Below are positions 19,460 through 31,177 of a DNA stretch of 64,000 nt, piece by piece. How positions within the stretch are numbered: position 1 is the stretch's first letter; the number at the start of each line of letters is the position of its first letter. Under the pieces are notes generated by a model. That model ran no database searches, was not told where the DNA came from, and saw only the letters and a list, made by a program, of their open reading frames with translations. This DNA is from an uncultured bacterium (lineage in GTDB: Bacteria; Auribacterota; Erginobacteria; Erginobacterales; Erginobacteraceae), in contig CAWGIE010000007.1 in assembly GCA_963822585.1 (NCBI GenBank), positions 128,001 to 192,000 of the forward strand, written 5' to 3'. The translations under genes and the position numbers were made by a program.

Positions 19460-20727
19460 AAAAGCTGCTGACAACGGTTCTTGTCCTGGCGATTCTGGGG
19501 GGAGCCGTCTGGTATCTCTTGCTGCGGCCGGGAGAAAAACGGGGGGATCATAACCTCCATAACCTTCTGGCTCTCCCTTATATCTCACTCTCTTCCGAAA
19601 ATGCCGACACCTCCCTGACCGGTGTTACCCGGTATATACCGGAGAAATCTTCACCCGGCTATAACCTTTACAGCGATGAAAAGCATGCCTATTTGATCGA
19701 TCGGGAGGGCCGGGTCGTCCATCGCTGGAATTTTCCCAGCGACGATTCCGGTTGGGAGCATGTTGAATATCTGGGGGAGGGTGTGATCCTGGCCAACTGC
19801 AACGGGGAAGAGATCGTCAAGCTCGACCGGGATTCAAACGTCATCTGGTCCCGGCCTTATAAGGTTCATCACGATATCGCTCTCGATCCGGATGGGTCCC
19901 TCCTGGTCCCGATCGGGACCGATCATCGGCTCTACCGGTACCGGCTGGTCCAGTTCGATTCCATCCTCCGCCTCTCCGGGGAGGGAGAGCGCGAAGGGGA
20001 GTGGTCGTCATTTTCCAATTTCGAACGTCTCCATACCCTTCATCACCCGCTCGAACTGGATACCGACCCCGATATCTCGGGTATCTCGGCGGCCGTGAAG
20101 AGGTTCTACTTCCGGAGGATCCGGGGGATTACCGTCGGGGTCTATGAAATCGACAAATGGCTCCGGGCGATCGTCGGCCTGGACAAGTACGATTACTATC
20201 ATCTGAACACCGTGGAAGTCCTTCCCGAAACCGAGCTCGGGAAACGCGACCCGCGGTTCGCGGCCGGGAATATTCTCACCTGCCTCCGGCACGCGAACCT
20301 GATCCTGATCCTGGATAAGAAGAGCCGGGAGATCGTCTGGAGCTGGGGGCCCGAGGAACTGGACTGGCCTCACATGCCGACCATGCTTGAAAACGGCCAT
20401 ATCCTGGTCTATGACAACGGCGCTCACCGAACTTATTCCCGGATCCTGGAACTCGATCCGGTTTCCGAAAAGATCGTCTGGGAGTACCGGGCCGATCCCC
20501 CCGAGGCATTCTATTCGAAAACCCGGGGATCGAATCAGCGCCTTCCCAACGGCAATACCCTGATCTGCGAATCCGAGCGGGGCCGGGTTTTCGAGGTCAC
20601 TCCTTCGGGAGAAGTGGTCTGGGAGTTCTATAATCCCGACATCCGGGACGGCAAACGCCGCCTGATCTACCGGATGGAACGAATCCCGCCGGAGAAAGTG
20701 GAGAACTGGCTGGATAAAAACAAATGA
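19456..20727 (+). CDS. Arylsulfotransferase (ASST) family beta-propeller protein
   Basis: N-terminal anchor; HHD, DYYHLN, PHMP, YDNG, GSNQRLPNGNTLI. Confidence 0.85.
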   Translation: MKKLLTTVLVLAILGGAVWYLLLRPGEKRGDHNLHNLLALPYISLSSENADTSLTGVTRYIPEKSSPGYNLYSDEKHAYLIDREGRVVHRWNFPSDDSGWEHVEYLGEGVILANCNGEEIVKLDRDSNVIWSRPYKVHHDIALDPDGSLLVPIGTDHRLYRYRLVQFDSILRLSGEGEREGEWSSFSNFERLHTLHHPLELDTDPDISGISAAVKRFYFRRIRGITVGVYEIDKWLRAIVGLDKYDYYHLNTVEVLPETELGKRDPRFAAGNILTCLRHANLILILDKKSREIVWSWGPEELDWPHMPTMLENGHILVYDNGAHRTYSRILELDPVSEKIVWEYRADPPEAFYSKTRGSNQRLPNGNTLICESERGRVFEVTPSGEVVWEFYNPDIRDGKRRLIYRMERIPPEKVENWLDKNK

Positions 20728-20765
20728 ACGTTCAACGTCGAACGTCCAGCTTCGAACGTCGAACG
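20725..20765 (+). repeat. Family F: AACGT(T/C)(C/G) heptamer run starting in the TGA stop
   Basis: Also at 40859-40899, 42026-42035, 47819-47860, 57399-57415 and reversed at 58394-58416. Confidence 0.8.
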
Positions 20766-20846
20766 AAAAGCCCCGAAGGGGCAGCTTGCCCTGAACGGAG
20801 TCGAAGGGGCAGACAATAGGCCGGGGCGTCAGCCCCGGTTTTGAAA

Positions 20847-22460
20847 ATGAAAGGAGATCAAATAGCCCGCGCGACCGCCTTCCTCCTCTGCCTGGCCGCC
20901 CTGGCCTGGGGGGGGATCGGGGGGCGTTCCCTCCAGCCCCCGGATGAGCAGCGGGAGGCGGAGATCGCCCGGGAAATGACGACGGGAGGATCGCCGCTGA
21001 TCCCCCGCCTGGCCGGCCGCCCATTCGTGGAGAAACCCCCTCTCTACTACTGGGTCTCAAGCGCCGCCATGAAAACCCTGGGGAGGGTGGTCGGTCTGAC
21101 CGCGGCCGCGCAGGGGGTTTCCTTCCTCTGCGCGGTTCTGTTGCTGCTCGTAATCCGGCTCGTCGGCGGAAAATACCTGGGGCGCCGGGGAGCTTTCACG
21201 CTGGTGCTGGTCCTGGCCTCCATGCTGGGCTTCCTCGACGCCGCCCAGAAAGTTCTGACCGACCCCCTGCTGATGTTCCTGACCGGCGCCGCCATCCTTT
21301 TGTTCTTCGCCGGGCTGGAGCGCGCTAAACCGGCCTGTCTCCTGGGGGGATATCTGGCGGCCGGGCTGGCCTTTCTCACCAAGGGGCTCATCGGCTGGGC
21401 CCTGATCGGCATCCCGGGGATCGCTCTCGCCCTTCTCTATTTCCGGGAGATCCGCCGGCACCCGCACCTCCATCTCCTGGGGGTGCTTTTCTTACTGGTA
21501 CCGCCCCTGGCCTGGGCGGCGCTCTTCCGCCTGCAGGGAGGCCCGGAACTCTGGCGGCAATGGCTGATCGAGAACCAGGCCGGGCGCTTCCTGGGCAGCA
21601 CCGGACATCTGGGACATATCAAGGGGCCCTTTTATTACGGGGAACTGCTTCCACTGGCGCTCTTGCCCTGGACGCCGGCGGTCATCGGCTGGATCGTTCA
21701 CCGCGGCTGGCGGCAGTGGAAAACGGAATCCACCGGCGCCCGGAACCTCTTCATCACCGCGGCCGTCTGGTCATTCGGCGGTCTCCTTTTACTCTCCCTG
21801 GCCGGGACCAAACGCAATATCTACCTTTTCCCGCTCCTGCCGGGTTTCGCCGTCCTGGCCGCCTCCTACCTGGAGAATCGGCCGGCCGCCTGGGTGCGGG
21901 TGCTGTTGCGGCTTATTACCGTCCTTCTTCTCCTGGCATCCCTTTACCTGGCATTCTTCAACCCGGTTGCCGGTGAAGCTCCCTGGCACTGCTCCTTCAG
22001 CTTCCCCGCTCTCCTGGTCGCGGCGATCGGGGGCGGTATATTCCTGACCTCAAGAAAAGATCTCCCGATCTGCCTGGCCGGCATAACGGCGGTCTTCTAC
22101 CTTTCCTGCCAGTTCACCTTTCTGCCGGTTATTGACGGCCGGAAGAGTTACCGGCCGATGGTTACCCGCCTGACGGCGGCGATCCCCGACGGCCAACGGA
22201 ACCGGGTCTGCGGCTGGAAGACGGATGAGAGGACCGTGGCATCCTTTGCCTTCTACGGGGATCTTTACCTGTCCGATCCCGGCAATCCGGCGCGGCTGGC
22301 CGACGTTCTCCGGGGGGAGGACGGGGAATACGGGCTGGTTATCGTCCGACGAGAGCATCTCCTCCAAGCCACGGGCGAACTCCCTCCCTGGAAAATCCTC
22401 GCCGGAAGGAAGGCGGAAACAAGAGATTATCTCTTGATTTCGGGGACGGATGATCAATAA
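20847..22460 (+). CDS. ArnT/PMT-family (GT83) glycosyltransferase 1
   Basis: DEQREAEIAREM, PFVEKPPLYYW, DPLL, LTKG. Confidence 0.88.
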   Translation: MKGDQIARATAFLLCLAALAWGGIGGRSLQPPDEQREAEIAREMTTGGSPLIPRLAGRPFVEKPPLYYWVSSAAMKTLGRVVGLTAAAQGVSFLCAVLLLLVIRLVGGKYLGRRGAFTLVLVLASMLGFLDAAQKVLTDPLLMFLTGAAILLFFAGLERAKPACLLGGYLAAGLAFLTKGLIGWALIGIPGIALALLYFREIRRHPHLHLLGVLFLLVPPLAWAALFRLQGGPELWRQWLIENQAGRFLGSTGHLGHIKGPFYYGELLPLALLPWTPAVIGWIVHRGWRQWKTESTGARNLFITAAVWSFGGLLLLSLAGTKRNIYLFPLLPGFAVLAASYLENRPAAWVRVLLRLITVLLLLASLYLAFFNPVAGEAPWHCSFSFPALLVAAIGGGIFLTSRKDLPICLAGITAVFYLSCQFTFLPVIDGRKSYRPMVTRLTAAIPDGQRNRVCGWKTDERTVASFAFYGDLYLSDPGNPARLADVLRGEDGEYGLVIVRREHLLQATGELPPWKILAGRKAETRDYLLISGTDDQ

Positions 22461-22462
22461 TC

Positions 22463-22996
22463 ATGAAAGTCCCTTCGAAACGGATCTTATGGATAGTGCT
22501 GGGGGCGATCCTGGGGAGCGGCTGCGGGGATAACCATTCACCCGCCCGGCCCGAAAAACCCGAAGCCTGCATCGTCGATATCGATAAAACGATCACCGAC
22601 GGCAATTATCAGCGGCATACGCTGCACAAGGTCCCCCTGCCGGCGGCGGCGAGCGTCCTGCGGAGGATCGAGGAGGGCGGCGTCAGCGTCTTTTACCTGA
22701 GCGGACGCTACACGAGCAAGCTGCCCCGGACCCGCGCCTGGCTGGAAAAAAACGAGTTCCCCGCCATGGGGCGGGTTATCCACAGGGAACCCGGCGCGGA
22801 AGACACAGCCAGCTATAAACTCCGGGAGATCCGGAAAATTCAGGAACGCTATGAAGTTCTCTGCGCGTTCGGAAACGAGAGCGACCTCCCCGTTTATCGC
22901 CAGGTCGGTGTTCATCCGATCTGCCGGGAGATGTGGAGCAACGAAGACTGGGCGGCAGTGAGCGACAATCTGGACCGCCTGGAAGAATTCGAATGA
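22463..22996 (+). CDS. HAD-superfamily phosphatase-like lipoprotein
   Basis: Lipobox LGSGC; VDIDKTI, YLSGR, FGN..D. Confidence 0.75.
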   Translation: MKVPSKRILWIVLGAILGSGCGDNHSPARPEKPEACIVDIDKTITDGNYQRHTLHKVPLPAAASVLRRIEEGGVSVFYLSGRYTSKLPRTRAWLEKNEFPAMGRVIHREPGAEDTASYKLREIRKIQERYEVLCAFGNESDLPVYRQVGVHPICREMWSNEDWAAVSDNLDRLEEFE

Positions 22997-23095
22997 TCGG
23001 TAATCAGTAACCTGGATTACCGATTACCGATTACCGATCACTGATCACTGATTACTGATTACTATTATCGGGCATGCCGATCAGACTGATGCCGC

Positions 23096-24717
23096 ATGAA
23101 TAGCGACCGGATAATACCCTGGTGGGTGGTACTGCTCTGCCTGGCCACCCTGGCGGTCGGGATCGCGGGCCACGAACTCTGGACGCCCGACGAACCCCGG
23201 GAAGCGGCCATCGCCAAAACCATCGCCGACGGCGGACCGCTTTTGATCCCGCGGCTGGGCGGAACCCCCTTCGTTGAAAAGCCTCCCCTCTATTACTGGT
23301 TTTCCGCTCTCCTGATGCGTTCCCTGGGAATCATAACCGGTCCCACCGCGGCGGCGAGGGGCGCTTCCGCCCTCTGCGCCGCCCTCACCCTCCTGGCGGT
23401 CTGGGCGGTCGCCCGGCGCTTCTGGGGCCGGTACCGGGGGATCGCGGCCGTCCTCATCCTGGCCACCATGCTCGGCTTCGCCCGGGCCGGCCACTGGATA
23501 CTGATCGACCCGCTCCTGATGCTTTTGGTCACCGCGGCGGCCCTCTTTTTCTTCCGGGGACTGGAGGATGACCGGCCGGGCTGGATCCTGGGAGGATATC
23601 TCTGCGCGGGTTTGGCCTTTCTCACCAAGGGGTTCATCGCCTGGGCGCTTCTCTTCTTCCCCTGGGGGACTCTGGCGCTTATCCATTTTCCCCGGATTAC
23701 CCGCCGACCTTTCCTGCACCTGGCCGGATTACTCATCATGCTGGGATTGCCGGGAGCCTGGATGGCGGCCTTTTATCGGCAGGGCGGGACGGAACTGTGG
23801 CGGGAATGGTTGATCGATAACCAGATCGGGCGTTTTTCCGGGAGTTCCGCCCACCTGGGACATATCAAGGGCCCTTTCTACTATCTCTGGCTGGCCCCCC
23901 TGCTCTGCCTGCCCTGGACACCGGCCCTGATCGGGGCCATCGCCGACGGAGGATGGCGATCCGTTCTCAACCGGGGGGAAAAAGGAATACGTTGCTTCTC
24001 CTCTCAATCGCCTGGGGATGGGGAGGGCTCCTCATCCTCTCCCTTGCCGGAACCAAGCGGGAAGTCTACTTTTATCCCCTCCTCCCCGCCTTCGCGCTCA
24101 TGATCGCCGTCGCCGGCGATCAGCTGCCCCGTTGGAGCGCCGTCTGCCTCCAGGCCCTCGCCGGCCTCCTCCTCCTGGTCCTGCTTGTCTTCTCCTTTTA
24201 TATCATCGACTGGCAGGACGGGGAGATCATCCGGGGATTGGGGTTCAATCCGCCGGTGCTTCTTCTGACCCTGGCCGGGGTCTTTTCGTTCCTTTTTCTG
24301 AAAAGGCAGCCCGTCGCCCGGACCGCCGCGGTGACCGCCTGCTTTTACATCGCGGCCGCCCTGGCGGCGTTTCCGGTCCTGGATAAGGTCTGGAGCTACC
24401 GGGAAATGACTCAGACCCTGGCCGCGGCCGTTCCGGAAGTGTCGCGGGAGAGGGTCTGCGTCTGGGGGGAGGACGAAGCCACCCAGGGCGTCTTCTCCTA
24501 CTATTCCGGAATCGTTCTCCCCAAGGTTGAAGATCCGGAGCGCGCCGGCGCCATTCTCCGGGGCGAAGACCCCCAGTTCGACCTGATCGTTATCCCCCGG
24601 CTGAACGAATTCACGGACGCCAATCCCGCCTGCCCGGACTTCCGGGTACTGGCCCGGGCCCGGAAAGGGCCCCGGCGGGTGTTTTACCTGATTGCCGGGG
24701 CGGGTGAAGGCCCCTAA
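23096..24717 (+). CDS. ArnT-family glycosyltransferase 2 (frameshift in G6A5 at 23973-23983)
   Basis: DEPREAAIA and EKPPLYYW. ORF 23953..24717 supplies the LSLAGTKR.VY.YPLLP C-terminal half seen in the paralogs. Confidence 0.85.
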
Positions 24718-24762
24718 AACCATCATAAAAAGTGATTGAAACAGGAGCAGAATGCGCAGATA

Positions 24763-24804
24763 ATCCGTCCGATCAGTCAGATCCGACTGATCCGTCCGAT
24801 CAGT
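24763..24804. repeat. Family G: GATCCGTCC/GATCAGTC nonamer run
   Basis: Also at 36039-36067, 37094-37130, 42038-42066 and 49408-49447. Confidence 0.8.
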
Positions 24805-24811
24805 AAAAGCC

Positions 24812-26548
24812 ATGCTCGAAAAATCGAACATAGAAGAAAAGCCAACAATCCCCCGGTGGGTCACCCTCCTCTGCCTGGCCACGCTGGTCTTCGGCATCGC
24901 CGGGCACGCCCTCTGGACGGCCGACGAACCGCGGGAGGCGGAGATCGCCCGCGAGATGTCGGTGGTGATCCAGAGCCGGATCGTCGGGACTGATACCGGC
25001 ATCCGGACCGACTGGGCGGTTCCCTACCTGGCGGGGAAACCTTTTGTCGAGAAGCCGCCCCTTTATTACTGGCTCTCGGCCCTGATCATGCTGACGGTGG
25101 GGAAGCTGATCGGGGGCGCCGTGGCGGTGCGGGCTCTGTCGGCTCTCTACGCCGCCCTGACTCTCGCGGTAGTCTGGTGGACCGCGAGAGATTGCCTGGG
25201 GCGATATCGGGCGGCGGCGGCGGTCATCATCCTGGCCACCATGGTCGGATTCTTTCAAGCCGCTCACTGGATCCTGATCGATCCCCTCCTGATGATGCTG
25301 ATTACGATGGCGGTACTCTGTTTGTTTAATGGGCTTGATCGTGACCGTCCATTATTGATCCCGGCCGCCTATCTTTCCGCCGGGCTGGCGTTGCTGACCA
25401 AGGGTTTTGTGGCCCTGGGTCTTCTGGCTCTCCCCGGGATCGTTCTCTTCATTTTATACCGCCAATCGTTGCGACGCCGGTGGATCTTCCATCTGGCCGG
25501 AATTATCCTCCTGCTCGGCCCGGGACTGCTCTGGGCTTCTGTTTTTTATTCCCAGGGCGGCCCGGCATTATGGAAAGAATGGTTCGTCAATAATCAGATC
25601 GGACGGTTTTCAGGGAAGACGACCCATTCCCATATTCACGGGCCGCTCTACTATTTCGGGGTTGCCCCGGGGCTGCTCCTCCCCTGGACAATTCTGCTCC
25701 TGGGAGGCCTCTTCCGAAGGCGGGAACGGAATACCGGTGAACCGACTCAGAGAGCCCGGTCTTTCCTGAAGATGTCCTTCGCCTGGGCCATCGGCGGGTT
25801 TGTTCTTCTCTCCCTGGCCGGGACTAAACGGGATATCTATCTTTATCCTCTTCTGCCCGGCTTCGCCATTCTCTGTGTCTTCGTCCTCAGCCGGGTCCCC
25901 CGGTGGGTGGAGATTACCTATCGTTTTCTTCTCCCGATTCTGGTGCTCCCGGCCGCGGTACTGGCCTTCTTATCACCGGTCATCGGAGCGGGCACATTCA
26001 GCATCGCCGGGGATTTCAAGCCGGTGGTACTGCTTTGCGCTCTGATCGGTATTTTCGCGCTGCTCCGGCTGAAAGATAATCTCCCGGCCCGGATCGCGGC
26101 CGTAACCGGTATATTATATCTCACCGCCGTCTTCGCGGTCTTTCCCGTGATCGACGCGGAGAAGAATTATGAACCCGCCACCCGGCGGATCGCGGCGGCG
26201 ATCCCGGAAACGCAAATGAACCGGGTTTGCGGATGGAATACCGACGAGACCACCCAGGCTCTCTTTTCCTACTATACCGGGTTGACCCTGACCGACCTGC
26301 GTGATAAGGTACAGCCTGAGAAAAATCTGGGCCGCCTGGCGGAGATTCTCAGCGGCCGGGATAAGCAATACGATGCGGTCATCGTTCTCTTGAAGAGAGA
26401 GAGCGAGTTTCCCCCGGAAGGGATGCCCCCGGCCCGGTACCGGATGCTGGCCGAGGCACGAATGGGAAAACACCGCCGCCTGCTCCTCCTGATCGGAGTC
26501 AAGGACGCTGATTTGCCGTTACGGGCAGGTCAGTTTGACTTGAACTGA
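24812..26548 (+). CDS. ArnT-family glycosyltransferase 3
   Basis: DEPREAEIAREM, PFVEKPPLYYW, DPLLM, LTKG. Confidence 0.88.
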   Translation: MLEKSNIEEKPTIPRWVTLLCLATLVFGIAGHALWTADEPREAEIAREMSVVIQSRIVGTDTGIRTDWAVPYLAGKPFVEKPPLYYWLSALIMLTVGKLIGGAVAVRALSALYAALTLAVVWWTARDCLGRYRAAAAVIILATMVGFFQAAHWILIDPLLMMLITMAVLCLFNGLDRDRPLLIPAAYLSAGLALLTKGFVALGLLALPGIVLFILYRQSLRRRWIFHLAGIILLLGPGLLWASVFYSQGGPALWKEWFVNNQIGRFSGKTTHSHIHGPLYYFGVAPGLLLPWTILLLGGLFRRRERNTGEPTQRARSFLKMSFAWAIGGFVLLSLAGTKRDIYLYPLLPGFAILCVFVLSRVPRWVEITYRFLLPILVLPAAVLAFLSPVIGAGTFSIAGDFKPVVLLCALIGIFALLRLKDNLPARIAAVTGILYLTAVFAVFPVIDAEKNYEPATRRIAAAIPETQMNRVCGWNTDETTQALFSYYTGLTLTDLRDKVQPEKNLGRLAEILSGRDKQYDAVIVLLKRESEFPPEGMPPARYRMLAEARMGKHRRLLLLIGVKDADLPLRAGQFDLN

Positions 26549-26676
26549 TCCTCTGGTTGTTATCAATCTATCTTAATTTAATAAATTAAATTTTTTTATG
26601 TATTAGCCCGAAGGCGCTGATTTACTATTTTTCTCCGGACTGTTTCCCGGAGGGAAATAGTCCGGAGAAAAATAAA

Positions 26677-27852
26677 ATGAGAGAGACATTCCTGCCCTTC
26701 TCCCAACCCGCGATCAATCAGGATGATATCGACGGCGTGGTCGAAGTCCTGAAATCGGGCTGGATCACCACCGGACCCAAGACCGCGGCCTTCGAGAAAG
26801 CTTTTCTGGATTACCTGGGGGCGAAATATGCCGTCTCGCTGACCTCCGCCACCGCCGGGATGCACCTGGCCCTGATGGCCCTGGGGCTCGATCCGGGGGA
26901 CGAAGTCATTACCCCCTCCATGACCTGGGGCTCCACCGTCAACCTCCTGATCCTCCTGGGACTGAAACCGGTCTTCGCGGATATTGACCGGGGGACCCTG
27001 ATGGTGACCCCGGAGACGGTCCGGGAGGTCATCAGCGGCCGCACCCGGGCCGTCATCCCGGTCCATTTCGCGGGCGCCCCGATTGATCTCGATCCCTTCC
27101 GCGCGCTGGCCGACGAACGGGAGCTGATCCTGCTGGAAGATGCCGCCCACGCTCTCGGTACCCGCTACCGGGAAGAGGCGGTGGGAAGCACCGGGACAGC
27201 CGTATTCAGTTTCCACCCGATCAAGAACATCACGACCGGAGAAGGCGGCATGGTCGTCACCGATGATCAGGAACTGGCGGAAAAAGTCAGGATTTTGAAA
27301 TTCCACGGGCTGGCCAAGGACGCCTGGCAGCGGTACAGTCGGAACGGGAAGTCCCAGGTGGAGATCATCATGCCCGGTTTCAAGTATAACCTGACCGACA
27401 TTCAGTCCTCCCTCGGACTGACCCAGCTGGCCCGGGTGGAAGAACTGAACAGAAAACGGGGTGAACTGTCGGCTCTCTACGATCAACACCTGGCGGGGAT
27501 AGAAGAGATCGCTCATATCCAGTCGCCGCCGTATCCTCACCGGAACAGCTACCATCTCTACATCGTCCTTCTGGACATCGATCGCCTGGCCATCACCCGG
27601 GACCAGTTCCTGGAGGAACTGAAAAAACGGAATATCGGAACCGGCATCCACTTCCGGCCGATTCATACCCAGGAATACTACCGAACGACGGGGGGATATC
27701 GCCGGGGGCTCCTCCCGGAGACGGAGTGGGTCGGCGACCGGCTCTTCTCCCTCCCGCTTTTCCCGGCCATGAACGAACAGGACGTAATGGACGTGGCCGA
27801 GGCAATCAAGGATACCGTTAAGGAATTCAGTAACCAAGCACATCCAGCATGA
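26677..27852 (+). CDS. arnB: UDP-4-amino-4-deoxy-L-arabinose aminotransferase
   Basis: SGWITTGPK, SATAGMH, EDAAHA, FSFHPIKNITTGEGG; first gene of arnBCAD. Confidence 0.92.
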   Translation: MRETFLPFSQPAINQDDIDGVVEVLKSGWITTGPKTAAFEKAFLDYLGAKYAVSLTSATAGMHLALMALGLDPGDEVITPSMTWGSTVNLLILLGLKPVFADIDRGTLMVTPETVREVISGRTRAVIPVHFAGAPIDLDPFRALADERELILLEDAAHALGTRYREEAVGSTGTAVFSFHPIKNITTGEGGMVVTDDQELAEKVRILKFHGLAKDAWQRYSRNGKSQVEIIMPGFKYNLTDIQSSLGLTQLARVEELNRKRGELSALYDQHLAGIEEIAHIQSPPYPHRNSYHLYIVLLDIDRLAITRDQFLEELKKRNIGTGIHFRPIHTQEYYRTTGGYRRGLLPETEWVGDRLFSLPLFPAMNEQDVMDVAEAIKDTVKEFSNQAHPA

Positions 27853-27996
27853 GTATTACTATGGAATAATGGAGTGTTGGAATAATGGAGTGATGGAGAA
27901 ATTGTTTTTCCCAACACTCCAACACTCCATTACTCCACCACTCCTCATGGATCTATTTACGGCGCGTTTGATTTATTAATTATTTGCGGTCCAAAT

Positions 27997-28983
27997 ATGA
28001 ACACCGATCTTCCATCCGTCTCAGTCGTTGTCCCCGTTTACAACGAGCAGGAGAACCTGCGGGAGTTCATCCGGAGGACCGTCGCCGTTCTGGGGGGACT
28101 GGGGCGGCCGGCCGAGCTGATTTTGGTCGATGACGGCAGCCGGGACGGGTCTGCCGCCATTATCGCCGAAGAAGCCGAGCGGACACCGGGCCTGATCTCC
28201 GGGGTCTTCTTCAATCGCAACTACGGACAGCACACCGCCGTCATCGCCGGTTTTGCCGAGAGCAGGGGGGATATCGTCATCACCCTTGACGCCGATCTTC
28301 AGAACCCCCCCGAAGAGATCCCCAAACTGCTAACCAAAGCCGACGAAGGTTATGATGTCGTGGGCTCGGTGAGGGTCGGCCGGCGGGACTCCGCCTTCCG
28401 GAAGACCTTCTCGCGGATGATCAACCGGATAACCGCCCGGGCGACCGGGGTCCGGATGAAAGATTACGGCTGCATGCTCCGGGCCTACAGCCGGCCGGTG
28501 ATCAACGCTATCCTCCAGTGCCCGGAGCGGAGTACCTTCATCCCGGTCCTGGCCAACACCTTCGCCCATAAAACAATCGAGATCGACGTCGCCCACTCCG
28601 AACGGCCGGCCGGGGAATCGAAGTACGGGCTTTTAAAACTCATCAACCTCCAGTTCGATCTTCTCACCAGCATGACCACGTTCCCCCTGCGGCTTCTGAG
28701 CTTCATCGGGGCGATCATCTCGCTGGTCGGGATCGGGTTCGGCGTCCTGATCCTTATCATCCGTCTCCTCCAGGGACCGGAGTGGGCGGCCCAGGGGGTC
28801 TTCACCCTCTTCGCCGTCCTTTTCGTCTTTATCGGCGCCCAGTTCGTCGCCCTGGGACTGATCGGGGAGTACATCGGCAGGATTTACACGGAAGCCCGCG
28901 CCCGGCCCCGGTATTTCGTCCGCGACCGGGTCGGCAGTTCCTCGCTGCCGGAGATCGAAACCGGGGTGATGGACTGTAGTTAA
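27997..28983 (+). CDS. arnC: Undecaprenyl-phosphate Ara4FN transferase
   Basis: [40 protein letters not shown]. Confidence 0.93.
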   Translation: MNTDLPSVSVVVPVYNEQENLREFIRRTVAVLGGLGRPAELILVDDGSRDGSAAIIAEEAERTPGLISGVFFNRNYGQHTAVIAGFAESRGDIVITLDADLQNPPEEIPKLLTKADEGYDVVGSVRVGRRDSAFRKTFSRMINRITARATGVRMKDYGCMLRAYSRPVINAILQCPERSTFIPVLANTFAHKTIEIDVAHSERPAGESKYGLLKLINLQFDLLTSMTTFPLRLLSFIGAIISLVGIGFGVLILIIRLLQGPEWAAQGVFTLFAVLFVFIGAQFVALGLIGEYIGRIYTEARARPRYFVRDRVGSSSLPEIETGVMDCS

Positions 28984-29125
28984 ATTACGGTGAACGGACC
29001 GCGAAAATAGTCAGCAAACATTGTTAAAAAGTGTATGATCATTTTTTCGTGGTCCGGTATCAGATGTTAGCATTCCCGTGTCCATCTTCTTTGATACAAT
29101 CAGAAAAACATAAGGTTGCGAAAAA

Positions 29126-31177
29126 ATGAAAGCGATCGTTCTCGCCTATCACTCTATCGGCTGCGTGGGGATCGAAGCCCTCCTCCGTCACGGCTTCACC
29201 ATAGAAGCCGTCTTTACTCACCGGGATAACCCGGATGAAAACATCTGGTTCCCGTCGGTCGCGGAACTGGCCGCCGTTCACGGGCTGCCGGTATACGCTC
29301 CCGATAACATCAATCATCCTCTCTGGGTGGAACGAATCAGGGAGCTCGCCCCGGACATTATCTTCTCATTCTATTATCGGAAAATGATCTCGAAAAAAAT
29401 CCTCGAGATCCCGCCCCGGGGCGCCCTTAATCTCCACGGTTCCCTGCTTCCCTCTTACCGGGGCCGCTCCCCCCTTAACTGGGTGCTGGTAAACGGCGAG
29501 AAAGAGACCGGCGTCACTCTTCACTACATGACCCCCCATCCGGACGACGGCGATATCGTGGCCGCCCGGGCTTTCCCGATCGGCGAAGACGACACCGCCC
29601 GGTCCCTCTTCGACCGGGCGGTTGCCGTCTCCCGAGAACTGCTCGATGAAACAATGCCCCTGATCGAGAAGGGGACGGCCAAGCGAACCCCCCAGGATCA
29701 TTCCCGGGCCACCTATTTCGGCGGGCGCACTCCGGACGACGGCAAAATCGACTGGTCGAAGCCGGCCCCGGAGATCAGGAACCTGGTCCGGGCGGTCACC
29801 CATCCCTTCCCGGGGGCCTTCACCTTTAAGGGCGATCAAAAACTGTTTGTCTGGAAAGCGGATCTCATCCCCGGCGACCGGGAGGAAAAACCGGGGTGCG
29901 TGATTTCCACTGACCCCTTGGTGGTGGCCTGCGGGAAGGACGCCCTGGCCCTCACCCTCGCCCAGCCGGAAGGATCGGTGCAGATGTCCGGCACCCAGGC
30001 GGCGGGGGAACTGGGCCTGGTCCCCGGGTCCCGGCTGGGAACGACCAGCACTTTTCTGGCGTCTTCTTCCCCGGTGCGGGTCCTGATCCTGGGGGTGAGC
30101 GGTTTTATCGGCAACTCCCTGGTCGATCGTCTGATCGAAGAGGGCGGCTACGAGATTTACGGCATGGATTTGCAGTCGGATAACATCCGGCGCTTCATCG
30201 GTCATCCGGCGTTCCATTTCGTGGAAGGAGATATCAGCATTAACCGGGAATGGATCGAATACCACGTGCGGAAATGCGATGTCATCCTTCCCCTGGTCGC
30301 GATCGCCACCCCGATTGAATACGTGCGCAACCCCCTTCGGGTCTTCACGCTTGATTTCGAGGAAAACCTGAGAATCGTCCGTTACTGCGCCCGATTCAAG
30401 AAAAGGCTGATCTTCCCTTCCACCTCGGAAGTGTACGGGATGTGCCCGGACAAGGAATTCGATGAGAACCGGAGCAACCTGGTGACCGGACCGATCCGGA
30501 TGCAGCGCTGGATATACAGCTGCAGCAAGCAGCTTCTCGATCGGGTGATCTGGGCGTACGGAGCCAAGGAAGGACTCCGGTTCTCTCTCTTCCGCCCCTT
30601 CAACTGGCTCGGCCCGCGTCTGGACAGCCTGGACTCCGCCCGGATCGGCAGCTCCCGGGCGATCACCCAGCTCATCCTGAACCTGGTCACCGGCACCCCG
30701 ATTCAGCTGGTGGACGGTGGGGAGCAGAAGCGCTGTTTTACCGATGTCCGGGACGGTATCGACTGTCTTTACCGGATTATCGAGAACAGGGACAACCGGG
30801 CCGGCGGGGAAATATTCAATATCGGGAACCCCGAAAATGAGGCCAGCATCCGGGAACTGGCCGAGATCCTGACCGCCCTTTTCCAGGAACACCCCCTGAG
30901 AAAGCTCTTCCCTCCCCCCGCCGGGATGACATCGGTCGAAAGCGGCACCTACTACGGAAAGGGAGGTTACCAGGACGTCGTCTTCCGGAAGCCCTCTATT
31001 CGGAACGCGAAAAAAAAACTCGGCTGGAACCCGAAAATCCCCCTGGAAGAGGCAATCCGGTCAACCCTGGACTTCTTCCTCCGCGAAGCCGCCGAAAAAC
31101 TCCAGGCGAATAACATTTCTCATAAAGCAAATCAACCACGAAGGACACGAAGAACACGAAGAAAGAATATGAAATAG
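29126..31177 (+). CDS. arnA: Bifunctional UDP-GlcA decarboxylase / UDP-Ara4N formyltransferase
   Basis: Formyltransferase [11 protein letters not shown] plus [21 protein letters not shown] and RPFNW.GPRLD. Confidence 0.96.
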   Translation: MKAIVLAYHSIGCVGIEALLRHGFTIEAVFTHRDNPDENIWFPSVAELAAVHGLPVYAPDNINHPLWVERIRELAPDIIFSFYYRKMISKKILEIPPRGALNLHGSLLPSYRGRSPLNWVLVNGEKETGVTLHYMTPHPDDGDIVAARAFPIGEDDTARSLFDRAVAVSRELLDETMPLIEKGTAKRTPQDHSRATYFGGRTPDDGKIDWSKPAPEIRNLVRAVTHPFPGAFTFKGDQKLFVWKADLIPGDREEKPGCVISTDPLVVACGKDALALTLAQPEGSVQMSGTQAAGELGLVPGSRLGTTSTFLASSSPVRVLILGVSGFIGNSLVDRLIEEGGYEIYGMDLQSDNIRRFIGHPAFHFVEGDISINREWIEYHVRKCDVILPLVAIATPIEYVRNPLRVFTLDFEENLRIVRYCARFKKRLIFPSTSEVYGMCPDKEFDENRSNLVTGPIRMQRWIYSCSKQLLDRVIWAYGAKEGLRFSLFRPFNWLGPRLDSLDSARIGSSRAITQLILNLVTGTPIQLVDGGEQKRCFTDVRDGIDCLYRIIENRDNRAGGEIFNIGNPENEASIRELAEILTALFQEHPLRKLFPPPAGMTSVESGTYYGKGGYQDVVFRKPSIRNAKKKLGWNPKIPLEEAIRSTLDFFLREAAEKLQANNISHKANQPRRTRRTRRKNMK

